Below are positions 13,529 to 28,867 of a DNA stretch of 64,000 nt, piece after piece. The position numbers and the translations under genes were made by a program. Within the stretch, counting starts at the first letter, position 1, and every line of letters starts with the position of its first letter. Source of the DNA: the human T2T-CHM13v2.0 reference genome, Homo sapiens; NCBI RefSeq assembly GCF_009914755.1, contig NC_060931.1, one strand, 5' to 3'. A model generated the notes under the pieces. That model saw nothing but the letters and a program-made list of their open reading frames with translations. It ran no database searches and was not told the origin of the DNA.

Positions 13529-15400
13529 TATTGTGAAGGATGTCGTGCACACACCAGGCCTGGTTCAAACTCCATATGCAGCCCTCACAAAGAGCTGTCT
13601 CTGTCTACCCCATTGGCTTCAGGGGTGCCCACTGGTCACCAGGTTTGCCCTTCGGAGAACAGATTTGGGGTAGAAGTCCACATAGGCCCTGGAAATGAGC
13701 TAAGACCTTTGGACAGGGAATTCCAGGATCCTAGGTACTGGAGTAAGTTCTAGAGGGCTAGGGTGAGAGCTCCAGATGGATGCATCCCCTTGGTCCTGCC
13801 AACTACACATCCCATGGAGGGGGACATGGCTGAAGGAGAGCCAGCACAGGGCCCTCTAAAACACTGAGTCCAAATCAAGGGCCCTTGTGTCCAAGTCTAA
13901 AGTTGGCTCTTGCTGGGGCAAGGTCCTTGAAGGAGCAAGAGGTATAGCAGCAAGAGAAACCAAAGTAAGGACCAGTTCAAAAGTTAAGTGACCAAGTTCT
14001 CGTCCCCATTCTACCTCTAAATGTTAAGATGACTTTAACCCCACCAGGCCTCAGTTTCTCCTTCTGTAAAATAAGGTGATTAGCAGTTCAATACAATGAT
14101 ATCTAAGGTGTATCTCAAGTCTAAGCTCCTATGATTCTACAAATCCATGCTCAAGGAGAAAAGCTGTAGCTCACAGCCCTAAAGATGCCTGAGAACAAAA
14201 TAAGAAATAAATGGAGCAAACTGAGCCACAAACGCCTACAACTAATGGGCCGGGCAGTGTATGTGCATCACTCATGCAGAAGAAAACTATACCAGTGGGA
14301 AAAAATGACAAGATTTCTCAGGGATGAGACCAGGGTGGGGCCATCCAGAAAGCTTGCAGCTTAGAGAGGTGCATTCACTTAGAAAAGCCAGAAGGATTCT
14401 CTAGCAGCCACACAGGCACTGCTCAGACACCAGCAAGTGAAAATGTATTTCTTGATGGAGCACAGGAAGAAGGGCCCCCTGGGAAACCATCTCACTCCCA
14501 TCTTACACATTTCCTGATAGCATGCAATTAGCGGATCACCTCAGCAAAGGAAGTGTGAAGGTGCTTTCGCACCACTTCAGCTCTGTTCCCAGAGTCTCCC
14601 AGAGAAAAACTGAAGAAAGATGAAAAAGACTTCCTCATCTACTCTCCCGGCCCTGTCCTCTTCCACTCTCCATAGCTCAGATAAAAGATCTTTTCATCTA
14701 GAAATCAATAATAGGCTAGGTGGCTGCTGCTGAGTCCAGTACAAAAAAAAAAAGAAAGAAAACCATACTCAGGATTGACTCATAATCTGAGCACAAATTT
14801 TCATCTGGGTAGATGCGAAAGTCCCCTGTGGGGTATTGTATAGGGGTGGAAAAAAGTAAAGAGGTATCATTTTCTTTCATTTGGTCAATGATGAAACAGC
14901 CACTCACCTTCCCTGCCATGCCATGCATATGAAACAATGGCCCCCAAGGCCTCTCCACCCCCCATTTCTGGTGACCCAGGATCCTCTTCACTTATCAAAG
15001 TTGTTCTACTTCCATCCAGCTGCCTCTGAAGAATGATAATATGAGAAGCATCAACAGGAACACACACACAGGTGTGCATTCCCCAGCCCAGCCCTGCACA
15101 CTGCCCAAACACTGGTCACCTGCATGGGGTGATGTGAGTAAAGGGTCCCAACGTCTTCCCTTGCCCAGTACCCCAATCACCAGCTCCCCATGGCTGGCTC
15201 TAGGGCAGGGCATTGCCAATGCTTACATCAGTCATTTTGGTTACTGTGGTATTCTCTGAGCGCCACAGACGCCCTCGGCAGAAAACAAAGAGAAAGGGGG
15301 AAGAGCAGTTAGAGGAACTCTAGGTCTATTCCCCATTTGAGCGAAGCAGCCCTGCTTTTATCTATTTCCCTCTCAAGCCAAAATACATTAAAAGCTACTG

Positions 15401-15700
<300 letters not shown>

Positions 15701-15944
15701 TTAAATATTATGATCTTAGGAGGTCCCCGCTACAATTATCTGTGGGAAGATCACAGATGAATCCATTGCCAGCCATTACTACCATAAAAGCGTTATCCAC
15801 GAGGAGAGGTGAGTCTTGAAGAGGGAGAAGAAATGGGAGAAGAAGACACACAGAGCCACTGCGCTCCTGAGACTCAAGGGAAGGCACAGAGTACAGGGAA
15901 GGAGGCCAAGGGGAAGAGGAACATCGACAAACTTGTTCTGCTTT

Positions 15945-16345
15945 GTAAGTAAAATAAGCCAGACAAAGACAAATACTGTATGGTATCACTTACATCTAAA
16001 GAAAAATTTAAGTCAAACTCACAGAAACAAGAGAATAGAAAGGTGGTCACTGGGCACTGGAAGTGGGAGAACTGGTCAAAGAATACAAACTTTCAGTTAT
16101 AAGGTAAATACATTCTGAGGATCTACTGTACAGCATGGTGACTGTAATTAAAAATGCCATATTATATACTAGAAGTGTGCTAAGCATTGGCACCAAAAAG
16201 AAAAAGAAAAAAAAGGTAATTATGTGGAGTGATGGATGTGTTAATCAGCCTGATTGTGATAATCATTTCATAATATATGCATACATCAAATCGTTACATT
16301 GTATACTGTAAAAATATGCAATTTTGTCAATTATGCCTTAATAAT
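15945..16345 (+). mobile_element. L1M (L1MA/MB) 3' UTR fragment
   Basis: Contains taagtaaaataagccagacaaagacaaatactgtatg...tacaaactttcagttataag...gtacagcatggtgact. Confidence 0.75.
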
Positions 16346-16458
16346 GCTGACAACAAAACACATAAACAAAAAACTTTCCCTGCTTTAACAGGTGGCTAAG
16401 CTAGCCCTGGTCACATTCAGTAACAGCAGACTGTCAGGGAAGGCTCAGATCCCAATAG

Positions 16459-16762
<304 letters not shown>

Positions 16763-16994
16763 AAGGTAGATTATTTTTAATGGTGAGTCAAAGATCCTGT
16801 AGAAATGTATGAGAATATGTCCAGTGTTTTGTTATGTGGAAATAGTTCTTAACAAAGAAGTATGTACAATATAAATACATACACATAAGATATTCCAAAA
16901 CATAAAGATACCTCTGAGTGAAAGGATTCTTTTTTTTTCCTAAATTATTTTTACAAGGAGCACATATTATGTATGCATCTTCCTTAAGTCGAAA

Positions 16995-17570
16995 CGTATG
17001 ATAAACAAGTAAAACTATATCAAACTAAAAAGCTTCTGCACAACAACAACAAAAATTAACAAAATGAAAAGGCAGCCCACGGATTGGGAGAAAATGTTTG
17101 CAAACCATATAAACCATCATGAGGGGTTAATATTAAAAACATATGAGGAACTCATACAACTCAATATCAAAAACAACCAATTTTAAAAAATGGGCAAAGA
17201 ATCTGAATAGACATGTCTCTAAAGAAAACATAAAAATGGTCAACTGGTATATGAATAGGTGCTCACTGACACTAGTCATCAGAGAAACGTAAATCAAAAC
17301 CCTACATGATATCACTTCACATCTGTTAGTACTATCATTATAAAAAAGACAAGGCGCGAAAAGTGTTGGCAATGGTGTGGAGAAAAGGGAACCCTTCCAC
17401 ACTGTTAGTGGGAATGTAAATTAGTAAAACCATTATGAAAAACAGTGTAGAGGTTCCTCAAAATATTAAAAATAGAACTAGCATATAACCCAGCAATCCC
17501 TCTGCTGGTATATACCCAAAGACAATGAAATCAGCATCTCATGGTTACTTGTGTACCCATGTTCATTAAC
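16995..17570 (+). mobile_element. L1M ORF2 3' fragment (degenerate)
   Basis: Contains caaactaaaaagcttctgcaca...aaatgggcaaaga...gtgggaatgtaaattagt...cccagcaatccc. Confidence 0.85.
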
Positions 17571-18018
17571 GATGAAGAGTCTTGCTTTAGAAAAATATTC
17601 TGCTAATAACTGGAGGAGAAATGATAGAATTCTATAAGGCTACTTTCAAACCCCTAATGTATTGATCTCTCTAGCCAATAAGTATACATTGTGGAGAACC
17701 GAATAACCAATTTTTATGTTCCTTCTGATGGAGGCATGTAGTGGAACCTATGAAGAATTCTTACCAAAAACCAAAACCAAACAAAGTAGAGTCTGTAGTG
17801 GACGAAGGACTGTGCTAACGGACACCACAAGGACATTACAGGTAAACTAAGACCAGGGAAGACTCTACAGGACAACTGACTCGGCCTTTACTAAATAACA
17901 GCAAAGACATGCAAGAGAACTTACAGACAAAAAGATATGTAATGGACATATCAAACAGTTTGAACACATGGACCTTATTTGGATATCTGATTCAAACAAG
18001 CAAACAAAAATAAAAATG

Positions 18019-18280
18019 TGGAAGGAGGGAGGGAGGGAGGGAGGAACAAAGGAAAGAAGGAAAGGAAGGAAGGAAGGAAGGAAGGAAGGAGGGAGAAAGG
18101 AAGGAGAAGGGGAAAGGAAGGAAGGGAAGGAAGAAAGGAAGAAAAAAGAAAGAAAGAAAAAGAAAGAGAAAGAAAGAAAAGGAAGAAAAAGGAAAGAGAA
18201 GGAAGGAAGGAAGGAAGGAAGGAAGGAAGGAAGGAAGGAAGGAAGGAAGGAAGGAAGGAAGGAAGGAAGGAAGGAAGGAA
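18019..18280 (+). repeat. Polypurine tract ending in an uninterrupted (GGAA)20 run (18201-18280)
   Basis: Direct count of repeat units. Confidence 0.97.
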
Positions 18281-19319
18281 CACGCAGCACAGTCCACCTG
18301 CAGAGGAGAGGAGAGACTTCCCAGGCAAGGTAGTGGGGTCGGTCCTTCTCCCTCACACACCCGGACTTCGCCCCAGCACATCCCTGCTGTGCCTCTGCTG
18401 CCCCCATGTGGCCCAGGGAAGGCCTGACACGGAGCCTGTAGAGGACGAAACCTGAACACAAACTCCAAGGAGGTCTTTGCTCTTCCCCTTTTCGCCAATT
18501 CTTGGCCAGGATTTGTCCCACCCACCCATGAACATGGGGCTGCTGCGGAAGCAAGTGCCAGGATGGGTGCCGGGAACGCCTATCGGCTCAGGATGCTAAA
18601 AACATGCATACATATGCTGGCTCGGGGAGCAGGATCCAGAGAAACAGAGCCGCCTCAGGCAATCCCCCCAGGGGAGAGGAAGTGGAGATAAAAACAGAGG
18701 AAGCCCCAGCAGACTAACGGCCAAAGGCAAGCAGTGAAACCAGCTCCCTTGCCTCATGAGATCAAGGTAATGCCACACTAAGTTGGTGGCACTTCCTCCC
18801 TTTGGGCAGTCTGTCTTACAGAGCACTTGGGGTGAACTGCCCCTGACTGCTATCTGAGCACACATTCCCAGAAATGCAGAGAAAATTTCAGGGGGATCCC
18901 ACTGGCGGTAGTTTTAGCTTATGTCTATATTAGCTGGCTTTTTGAGCAACAAACCATGAAGCATCAGGAAACGGGAATTAAATTCATTTGTTATTATCAA
19001 ATAACATGCAAAGAGATTTAAACTGATCCCTTAATATTTGCACAATTGTTACTGGGCATTAACACTGACCCTTAATCTGATTAAATTTTTGTTTACCCAG
19101 TAAGTCCATTTTTCTCTGCTTAATTTGTTGGATCTCTAACACTCAGGGTGACAGGAGTCTCTAAGAAATAATTGTCACAGCACAGGTATGTATCATGTGT
19201 GCACATGAACACATACATTCTGGATGAAACTCCCCAAAAGCCAGTTTCTTAACCCTGCACTTTCACCCCTTTCTCTTGCATATGAGCCAGGCATAAACCT
19301 CCATATACTCCTCCCACAT

Positions 19320-19520
19320 CCAGGCTCCAGAGCCAGACTGCCTGGGTTCAAATGCAGCTTTAGCGGTTACTGTGTGACCTTGGACAAATCACCTAGACTT
19401 TCCGAGTTTCAGTTACCTCCTCTATATAGTGAGGATGATAATAATGGCATCTCATAGGGCTAAATGAGTTCATAGCTGTAAAGTGCTTAAAATAGCACTG
19501 GGCACAGCAAGTGCTAGAGG
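19320..19520 (+). mobile_element. MIR
   Basis: Contains agccagactgcctgggttcaaat...tgtgtgaccttggacaaatcac...ctgtaaagtgcttaaaatag. Confidence 0.75.
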
Positions 19521-19623
19521 AATTTATCAACTTGGTACCGTTACAATTTTTGTAAAATGGGTTTGAAATGCAATTAATAAACTAGCTAATTTTAAAAAAC
19601 TAATTTAAAAAACAATGATTTGC

Positions 19624-19975
<352 letters not shown>

Positions 19976-20164
19976 CTACTAAAATTAGATTATAATGAAG
20001 TGGCCAGTGCCTCCTTGGTCACCTCTAAATTTTGATGTCATTTTCAGGAGAATCAGGCTTGTTGATCTTATTCTCCTCCAAGCCTCTTTTTTAACCCCCT
20101 AGTCATAGTCCTTGTCATGATCAGCTTCTTCTTCAATCCTGTATCATTTAGGAAAAGTAAAGAA

Positions 20165-20297
20165 TATGCATGTATGTGTACATGTATGTGCATATGAGAG
20201 TGTGTACATATGTGTATTGTGGATGTGAACATGAGAGCATGTGTGCATATGTGTTTGTATATGTGCAAGAGTAGCACGTGTGCATGCGTGTGTGTGT
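20165..20297. repeat. Degenerate (TG/TATG)n alternating purine-pyrimidine tract
   Basis: Seen directly in the sequence. Confidence 0.85.
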
Positions 20298-20463
20298 AGC
20301 AGGAGTGGGTGGGTGGAGTTTGGCCATGCTGAGCATCTCAGCACAACTGCACTTTCACTGTGACCTCCTCCACTTTTCTGCCATCCCTGGTTCTGGATTC
20401 TATCCTCTTCCTTCCCCATCTTCCATTGGTAGCGCAATCAGCTCTCAGTCCAGTGACACTTAC

Positions 20464-20532
20464 CTATTAGTGTTCTCTAGAACCTCTACCTTCTTCCGAA
20501 GCTCCAAGTTCTCAGTTGAACAAGACTCCACT
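20464..20532 (-). CDS. CREB3L2: CREB3L2 exon 8 (69 nt): VESCSTENLELRKKVEVLENTN(R), leucine zipper
   Basis: Acceptor ctttgtag|A, donor AG|gtaagt, phase 2 to 2. Confidence 0.96.
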
Positions 20533-20708
20533 CTACAAAGGAGGGAGAAAGAAGAAAATTATTATCCATAGAGCAAACACTAAGCTAGGAGCTAGGGTGG
20601 AGGTAGGTGGGGATGAGGAAAAGGAGGGTTGGGGGGATCTGCCACCCCATGGAAGTGTGGGAAAGTATTGAAAGAAGGATGAAGAGACTTAAGAAAAAAA
20701 AAAAAATA

Positions 20709-21416
<708 letters not shown>

Positions 21417-21667
21417 TCACCTCCTCCCTAGTGTTCTCAATGCCCATCATACTTCTCCCTCTATACTACAGTAATCTGGATACTCCCAGCTACACTCTTA
21501 CCAGGACTGATAAGAAGTGAAGAGACTTAAGCAAAGGGCAGGACGAGAGCCCAGGACTAGGAATCCTGGTGCTGGGGCACGCATGCCCAAAAGAGACAGT
21601 AAAGAGACTTTCATAGGAACATCTTGACCCTGGATGCCCATAGAAAATGGTGGGACAGCATGGGACT

Positions 21668-22306
<639 letters not shown>

Positions 22307-22915
22307 TACTTAATGCTGCATTACCAGTACTTAAGTCAGGTGATAGAAGCACTAAACTTTCAATAGTAGCTTTGAGAAACAGCCAGGAACCACCAGCCAC
22401 TCCTTTCCCCAGATCCACATGAAGTTCATTTCTGGGTCTGGGGCCTCATGCCCATCTTAAAAATATCTTGGTTTGTTAGCTAAAGAACTAACTTCCAGGG
22501 CTAAGACAAAACTGTATTTAATTCATCTTTTTCTAACAGCCCGCCTGATATTACAGACTTTTCAAAAGAACAAAGATTGCCTTCAAGTGTTTTTGCAAAA
22601 AAAAAAAAACATGAATTGTAGTGGCTGGAAAATAAAGGCTGCCAACCTGACATCTTTCTTTCCCTATGTGCCCTCTCTAGAGCATGAAGGAGTGTGGCCA
22701 ATGGGGGCTGATTAAGTAGCACTGCTCCTTTCAGCTAAAACAGGGCTTCTCCTGCTAGAAGTTCCAGGAATGTGCAGGAATGTTAATATTTGTATGTGTT
22801 TGAAAAGAAGTCTGTGAGGACTCCGGGGTCCTTGGCTGGCAGTGGTATGATTCAAACACCTACTAAGGTACTTTCACTTCTTTCTTGCTTTATTATAGAC
22901 GTCTCCTCCAAATAA

Positions 22916-22929
22916 CCACTAGGTGGCAG
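22916..22929 (+). promoter_or_regulatory. CTCF core motif CCACTAGGTGGCAG in intron 7
   Basis: Close match to the CTCF core consensus, in non-repetitive sequence about 140 bp from exon 7. Confidence 0.65.
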
Positions 22930-23068
22930 GCAAACCACAGCTGATAAACCACCGGGTTTCCAAGGTGGCCAGAAAGAGGAATTGAACTGCTTCTCCCCGA
23001 TTCTCCGCACACCCATATTTCCCTGTGCATACTGCCCGATGAACGCAACAGTTTGCCAGCAGGCTTAC

Positions 23069-23127
23069 TTTTTCTCCAGGCTGTCCATGTATTCTTTCTT
23101 CTTTCTCCTACTTTCCTGAGCAGAAAT
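23069..23127 (-). CDS. CREB3L2: CREB3L2 exon 7 (59 nt): ISAQESRRKKKEYMDSLEK(K), bZIP basic region
   Basis: Acceptor ctctctcag|ATT, donor AA|gtaagc, phase 0 to 2. Too short to appear in the ORF track. Confidence 0.96.
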
Positions 23128-23270
23128 CTGAGAGAGAGGAGTGGGAGGAGAATGATTAATTTCCAGCTCTGTAAGTAAACCAGTTAAGATGGGAGGTGGT
23201 TAGCGTAGAAGTCACCAAAGCCCTGCTTACTTCTGCAAGCTGCTTGCCATTTGTTTAAGCTGCTGGTTCA

Positions 23271-24028
<758 letters not shown>

Positions 24029-24811
24029 TCACAAACCATCAGTGTGGTCTCAGATAAATGAGTTTAACTCCTGGACCTCTGCTGGCTGAAGTACATATAT
24101 AAAATAAGACAGCTGGCTTGGTCATACATCAACTTGCTGCTGGTTCCGCACATGGATAGAGTGACACTAAGCTCTTGTCTTCCTTCCCTCTTTGCCCCCT
24201 CCCTCCTGGTAGGCCTGTGCCTCAGCCATCCCCCTGGTTTTCATCAGGCCTGCTCAGCACTGAGGGGCCCAGGGGTAGGAGACTACTGAGTCCAAATATA
24301 GACCAGCAAACTGCAGAAGTTTTGTGATCACAAAACCCTACCAAGAAAAAAAAAAATTAACCAAGCACTTGCAATGTATTTGTATCTTATATATATATAA
24401 TATATATATATGCTGTATTTTATATAGATACATAGAGTACATATATATGTCTACTAGAGGAAACTATTGTATATATCATACACCCAAAATTTAAAAGGCT
24501 GAGTTAAAAAAAAAAAAAAACTAGATGGAAATTCTAATAGCTTCCTCCCACCCGTAAATGTATCATCGTGGGCACCAAAGAGGTAGATACTGATCTGGGA
24601 GTCTGCTGGCCTCAAGAGGGATGGGATGGGCTGGAGGAAGAGAGGGGCACGTGGTGAGGGTGCTCCTCCCAGGGCTTAGGGAAGGGAAGGGCTGGGCCTT
24701 GGTCTCCACCATGGGATGGGGTAGTGCTGGCCATTGGGAAGGCAGGGAAGGGGATGCTGACTCGATTCTGCTCGTCTCTGCTCTAGAAGTGCCTAGATTT
24801 GAAGAGCTCAC

Positions 24812-24958
24812 CTTATTCTTGATCTTCCTCCGAATTTTCTTCAGGGCCTTCTCCTCTGATTTTGACAGGGGCAATTTGGTGGGGATGGGATAGCCCTCAG
24901 CGATCAGGGTCCTCTTCTCCTCCTCTGTCAGGACCAGAGGGCCTGATCCCTGCAGTTT
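24812..24958 (-). CDS. CREB3L2: CREB3L2 exon 6 (147 nt): [52 protein letters not shown] region and start of the bZIP basic region
   Basis: Acceptor tctgcacag|AAA, donor AAG|gtgagc, phase 0 to 0. Carries the CREB3-family signature LPL..EEK.LK..RRKI.NK. Confidence 0.97.
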
Positions 24959-25727
24959 CTGTGCAGACCAAGGAGCAGAAAAGGGTCAAAGAAAAAGAAC
25001 TGGGACCACTGAAGAATCACCTCCCATTGGGATGATGAGAATCTGTTACAATGTCTTACAGAAGGCTCTGAGACAAGGATGCCCCATCTGCTTTGGGTGA
25101 CAGATGGGTATTTTGAAGGGCATGGGAAGATGGGGAAGACACCCCCATGTGAGTGTTATAACCTAGGGATTATAATTCAAGGGAAAGAATAAAGAAGCCT
25201 CCACCCATTATTTCCCGGGAAGCACCCCACTCGCTAAAACATGAAAAGAAAAAGCAGAGAAGTCATTTCCCACATCCCTAGAGATTTCCTGGCCTTGGAG
25301 TGATGAAGGATTCATTTGCAGCCCTGCTTTGTGCAAGAATTTTGTTGTTCTCCTTCTGAAAATGCAGTTTTATAAGGTGCTCTCTACACAACAGGAGTCA
25401 ATTCTCTCCTCCACTTTTAGCTAAGAGTGCAGAGCACCCAGGGACACATCTGCAGACTCTTTCCACAGAAGCCTCTGGCTTCAGCAGTCTCAGAATGTCC
25501 ATCAACAATGAAGACAAGAACAGTAGCACATCTCATGGAACCCACAGTAGAATGGCATGTTTATAATTAATCAAACAGAGTCCCTATTGCATTTTAGCTC
25601 CATACTAAATGCCATGGAGGACTCAAAACAAACCCTACCTCTCAAGCAGCTTGTGATCAAGACTGTGAGACTGAATTGATACCCATGAAAGGATAAGAGT
25701 AATTAAATGCTAAACTGTAATCTTAGC

Positions 25728-26094
25728 TGATATGGTTTGGCTCTGTGTCCCCACCCAAATCTCATTTTATAGCTCCCATAATTCCCACGTGTTGTGGGAG
25801 GGACCCAGTGGGAGATGACTGAATTATGGGGTGAGTCTTTCCCATGCTGCTTTTGTGAGAGTGAATGAATCTCACAAGATCTGATGGTTTTAAAAAACAG
25901 GAGTTGCACTGCACAAGCTCTCTCTTTGCCTGCTGCCATCCATGTAAGACATGACTTGCTCCTCCTCGCCTTCCACCATGATTGTGAGGTTTCCCTAGCC
26001 ACGTGGAACTGTAAGTCCAATTAAACCTCTTTCTCTTGTAAATTGCCCAATCTCGGGTATGTCTTTATCAGCAGCGTGAAAATGGACTAATACA
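25728..26094 (+). mobile_element. THE1 (MaLR) solo LTR
   Basis: TGATATGGTTTGGCT...GGACTAATACA with perfect 5-bp TSD TTAGC. Confidence 0.92.
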
Positions 26095-27361
26095 TTAGCT
26101 AAAGGTGTACTAAAAATTTGAAGTAAGAGAACACTACTATGAGTTGTGTGATCAGGAAACGTTTAGGGCAGGAGATGAGATTTGAATTGGGCCTCCTGAA
26201 AGAAAGGGGATGATTTACATAAGAGAGAGGAGTGCATTCTAAGCAAAAGGCAGTATTTTGAAAAGTCACTGAAGAAGCCACTGCCTAGTGTGGGTAAGGA
26301 GTTCTTGAAGCAGCAGAGGGTTGGATACCTGATAATGAGTAAAGGTGTCAGGGCTTGGTACCAACAAGTAACAGGGAAACACAACATAGTTGTTGGGCAA
26401 GCATCCGACATGGGGAAGAGTTCCTCCATAAACATGTAGAATGGACAGATCATAGTAGTACACACAGGTATATAGGATACAAGCTATTCTAGTAATCCAA
26501 GGAGTGAAGTCAGGTTCAAGGTGAAAAGGTGAAGAAAGAGTGGAAGGGTGAATTCCCTTGTCCTCAGTAACGATGAAATATAAGAATGTGGTTGCAGATC
26601 TAGAACTTTCAGGGACAAAATCAATACAAATTTTCAAAGTTATGTTAATTAATGGACGGATGGTACTTACAGAATTTTAAAACATCTCATTTCATTTAAA
26701 TTTTCTAGTTGTGAGATTGTAAATTCAAAATAGCTGATTATAATTTTTAAAATTTCATAGAAATCAATTCACTCCTAGAACAATAAGGAGTTAACGATCT
26801 ATTCTTCTTTATTATGGTGTCCTCACGTATGGGAGGGATGAACGAGGGGTCTTGATGTCTGATCTGAGTTTCTGGGTTAAGAGTCATATGACACACAGAA
26901 AAGGCTTAAACTGTTTTTGACCTTTAGGCATCAAAGAAATTAATCTCAGAGTAATTTTTAAGTTCACCAAAAATTGCTTCTTTAAAATATAAAAGGTATT
27001 TCCTATGACATAGGTCACAAGGACCATTAAATTAATGCAAATATTTATGATAGAACTTTGAGGAGAAAAACCCCAAATTTTTATTCCTCATGTCTATAGC
27101 TCTGTAAAATAAACATATGAATAAAAACTGGAAGTGTGCATGTGAAAAGGAAGAGAATTGTGGTAGTAAAAGGTGAGATGTGCGGGCAGTTCCTAGGAAG
27201 TGTTCTTTAGGGTTGACATCACTCTGCTTTCGCCATTAAGCAGAAACTTCTTGACAAAAGTAAAAACCAAACAGCCTTGAGTGGTCCTGCTCTGGATACA
27301 GCCCCAGGGGAATGAATGGAGAGGGTTCCCTTTGGTCCAGGAATGCCCGCTGCATACTTAC

Positions 27362-27546
27362 ATGAGGAGCCGTGAGGAGAGGGGAGCTGGAGAGGGCGGA
27401 GGGGGCCCGGGGTGCAGCTCTGGAGGGGCTGTGGGTCTGAGGCAGGCTGAAGGGGTGCAGGCGTGGGTTGGGACTCAGGCTGCCCTCTGAGTCACTGCCG
27501 TGGCTGCTCGGAGGGGTGGGCGGCAAATGCAGGTGGTCCACTGGGG
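27362..27546 (-). CDS. CREB3L2: CREB3L2 exon 5 (185 nt): [23 protein letters not shown]...LLTAPH, Pro/Ser-rich degron region
   Basis: Acceptor ttttttgcag|CC, donor CAT|gtaagt, phase 1 to 0. Confidence 0.96.
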
Positions 27547-27801
27547 CTGCAAAAAAGGAAGCACATCTCATCCATCCCAGAGCCACAAAGCAGGACACAA
27601 CTGATTTGTGGCATAGCAAACTAAAGTGTGAGGGGCCTCCATGAGCTGACCTGGACAGATCTCCAAGGTGCAGAGCGTGGATATGGGAGTCCTCCTTTTG
27701 TATGAAAAAGGAGAGAAAGAGGATATAGACCCACATTTGCTTATACTGGCAGAAAGAAACACTGGAAGTGAATACAAGAAACCAATAAACGTGCGACCAG
27801 G

Positions 27802-28299
<498 letters not shown>

Positions 28300-28867
28300 T
28301 CATTCAGAAAACATGAAATCCATCTTCAGATACGGGAGTGAGCACAGGAAAAATAAGTGAGAGTGCAGTGGGGGGACTTTCTCCTCTAAAGTCTCCCGCG
28401 TCTTTCCTCAAGGAGGCACAACACCCTCTCTGCCAGGGCCTATGGAGCCTTGGTCAGCGTCCATCAGGCATCTCCAGGGCAGCAGAGATGGGCTTCTGAA
28501 GGAGGAATCCAACCAGGCTTCCATGTGAATGAAAGCACTCTTGGGTCTCACTGTTCTTTCTGAACAGTGCACATTTCTGTTGTACCAGCCACTGCTACTG
28601 AGCCAAGGGAGATAACTGCAGGTAAACGCTTCACTCCTGGAGCCCCCAGGACAATGGATTCCCCTGTACAGCAGCCCCGTGGTGGGCATGGCCCACACAG
28701 CTGGTTCTGCTCGGCCAGAGAACTAACTGCTGAAGGCCACGGGAAGCCTCGCACATCACCTCCTTGTCCCTTCTTCCAATGGAGACCACCCAGCATACTA
28801 TGGATGGGAAGGGCTCTCCTGAGACACAACAACTGACCCAAAAAAGATGACCTTACCCATAGCTGCC

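Noticed and set aside
17865-18554. Long overlapping ORFs up to 229 aa (PSFL/GRKE repeats)
   Set aside because: These are translations of the stop-free GGAA/TTCC repeat.
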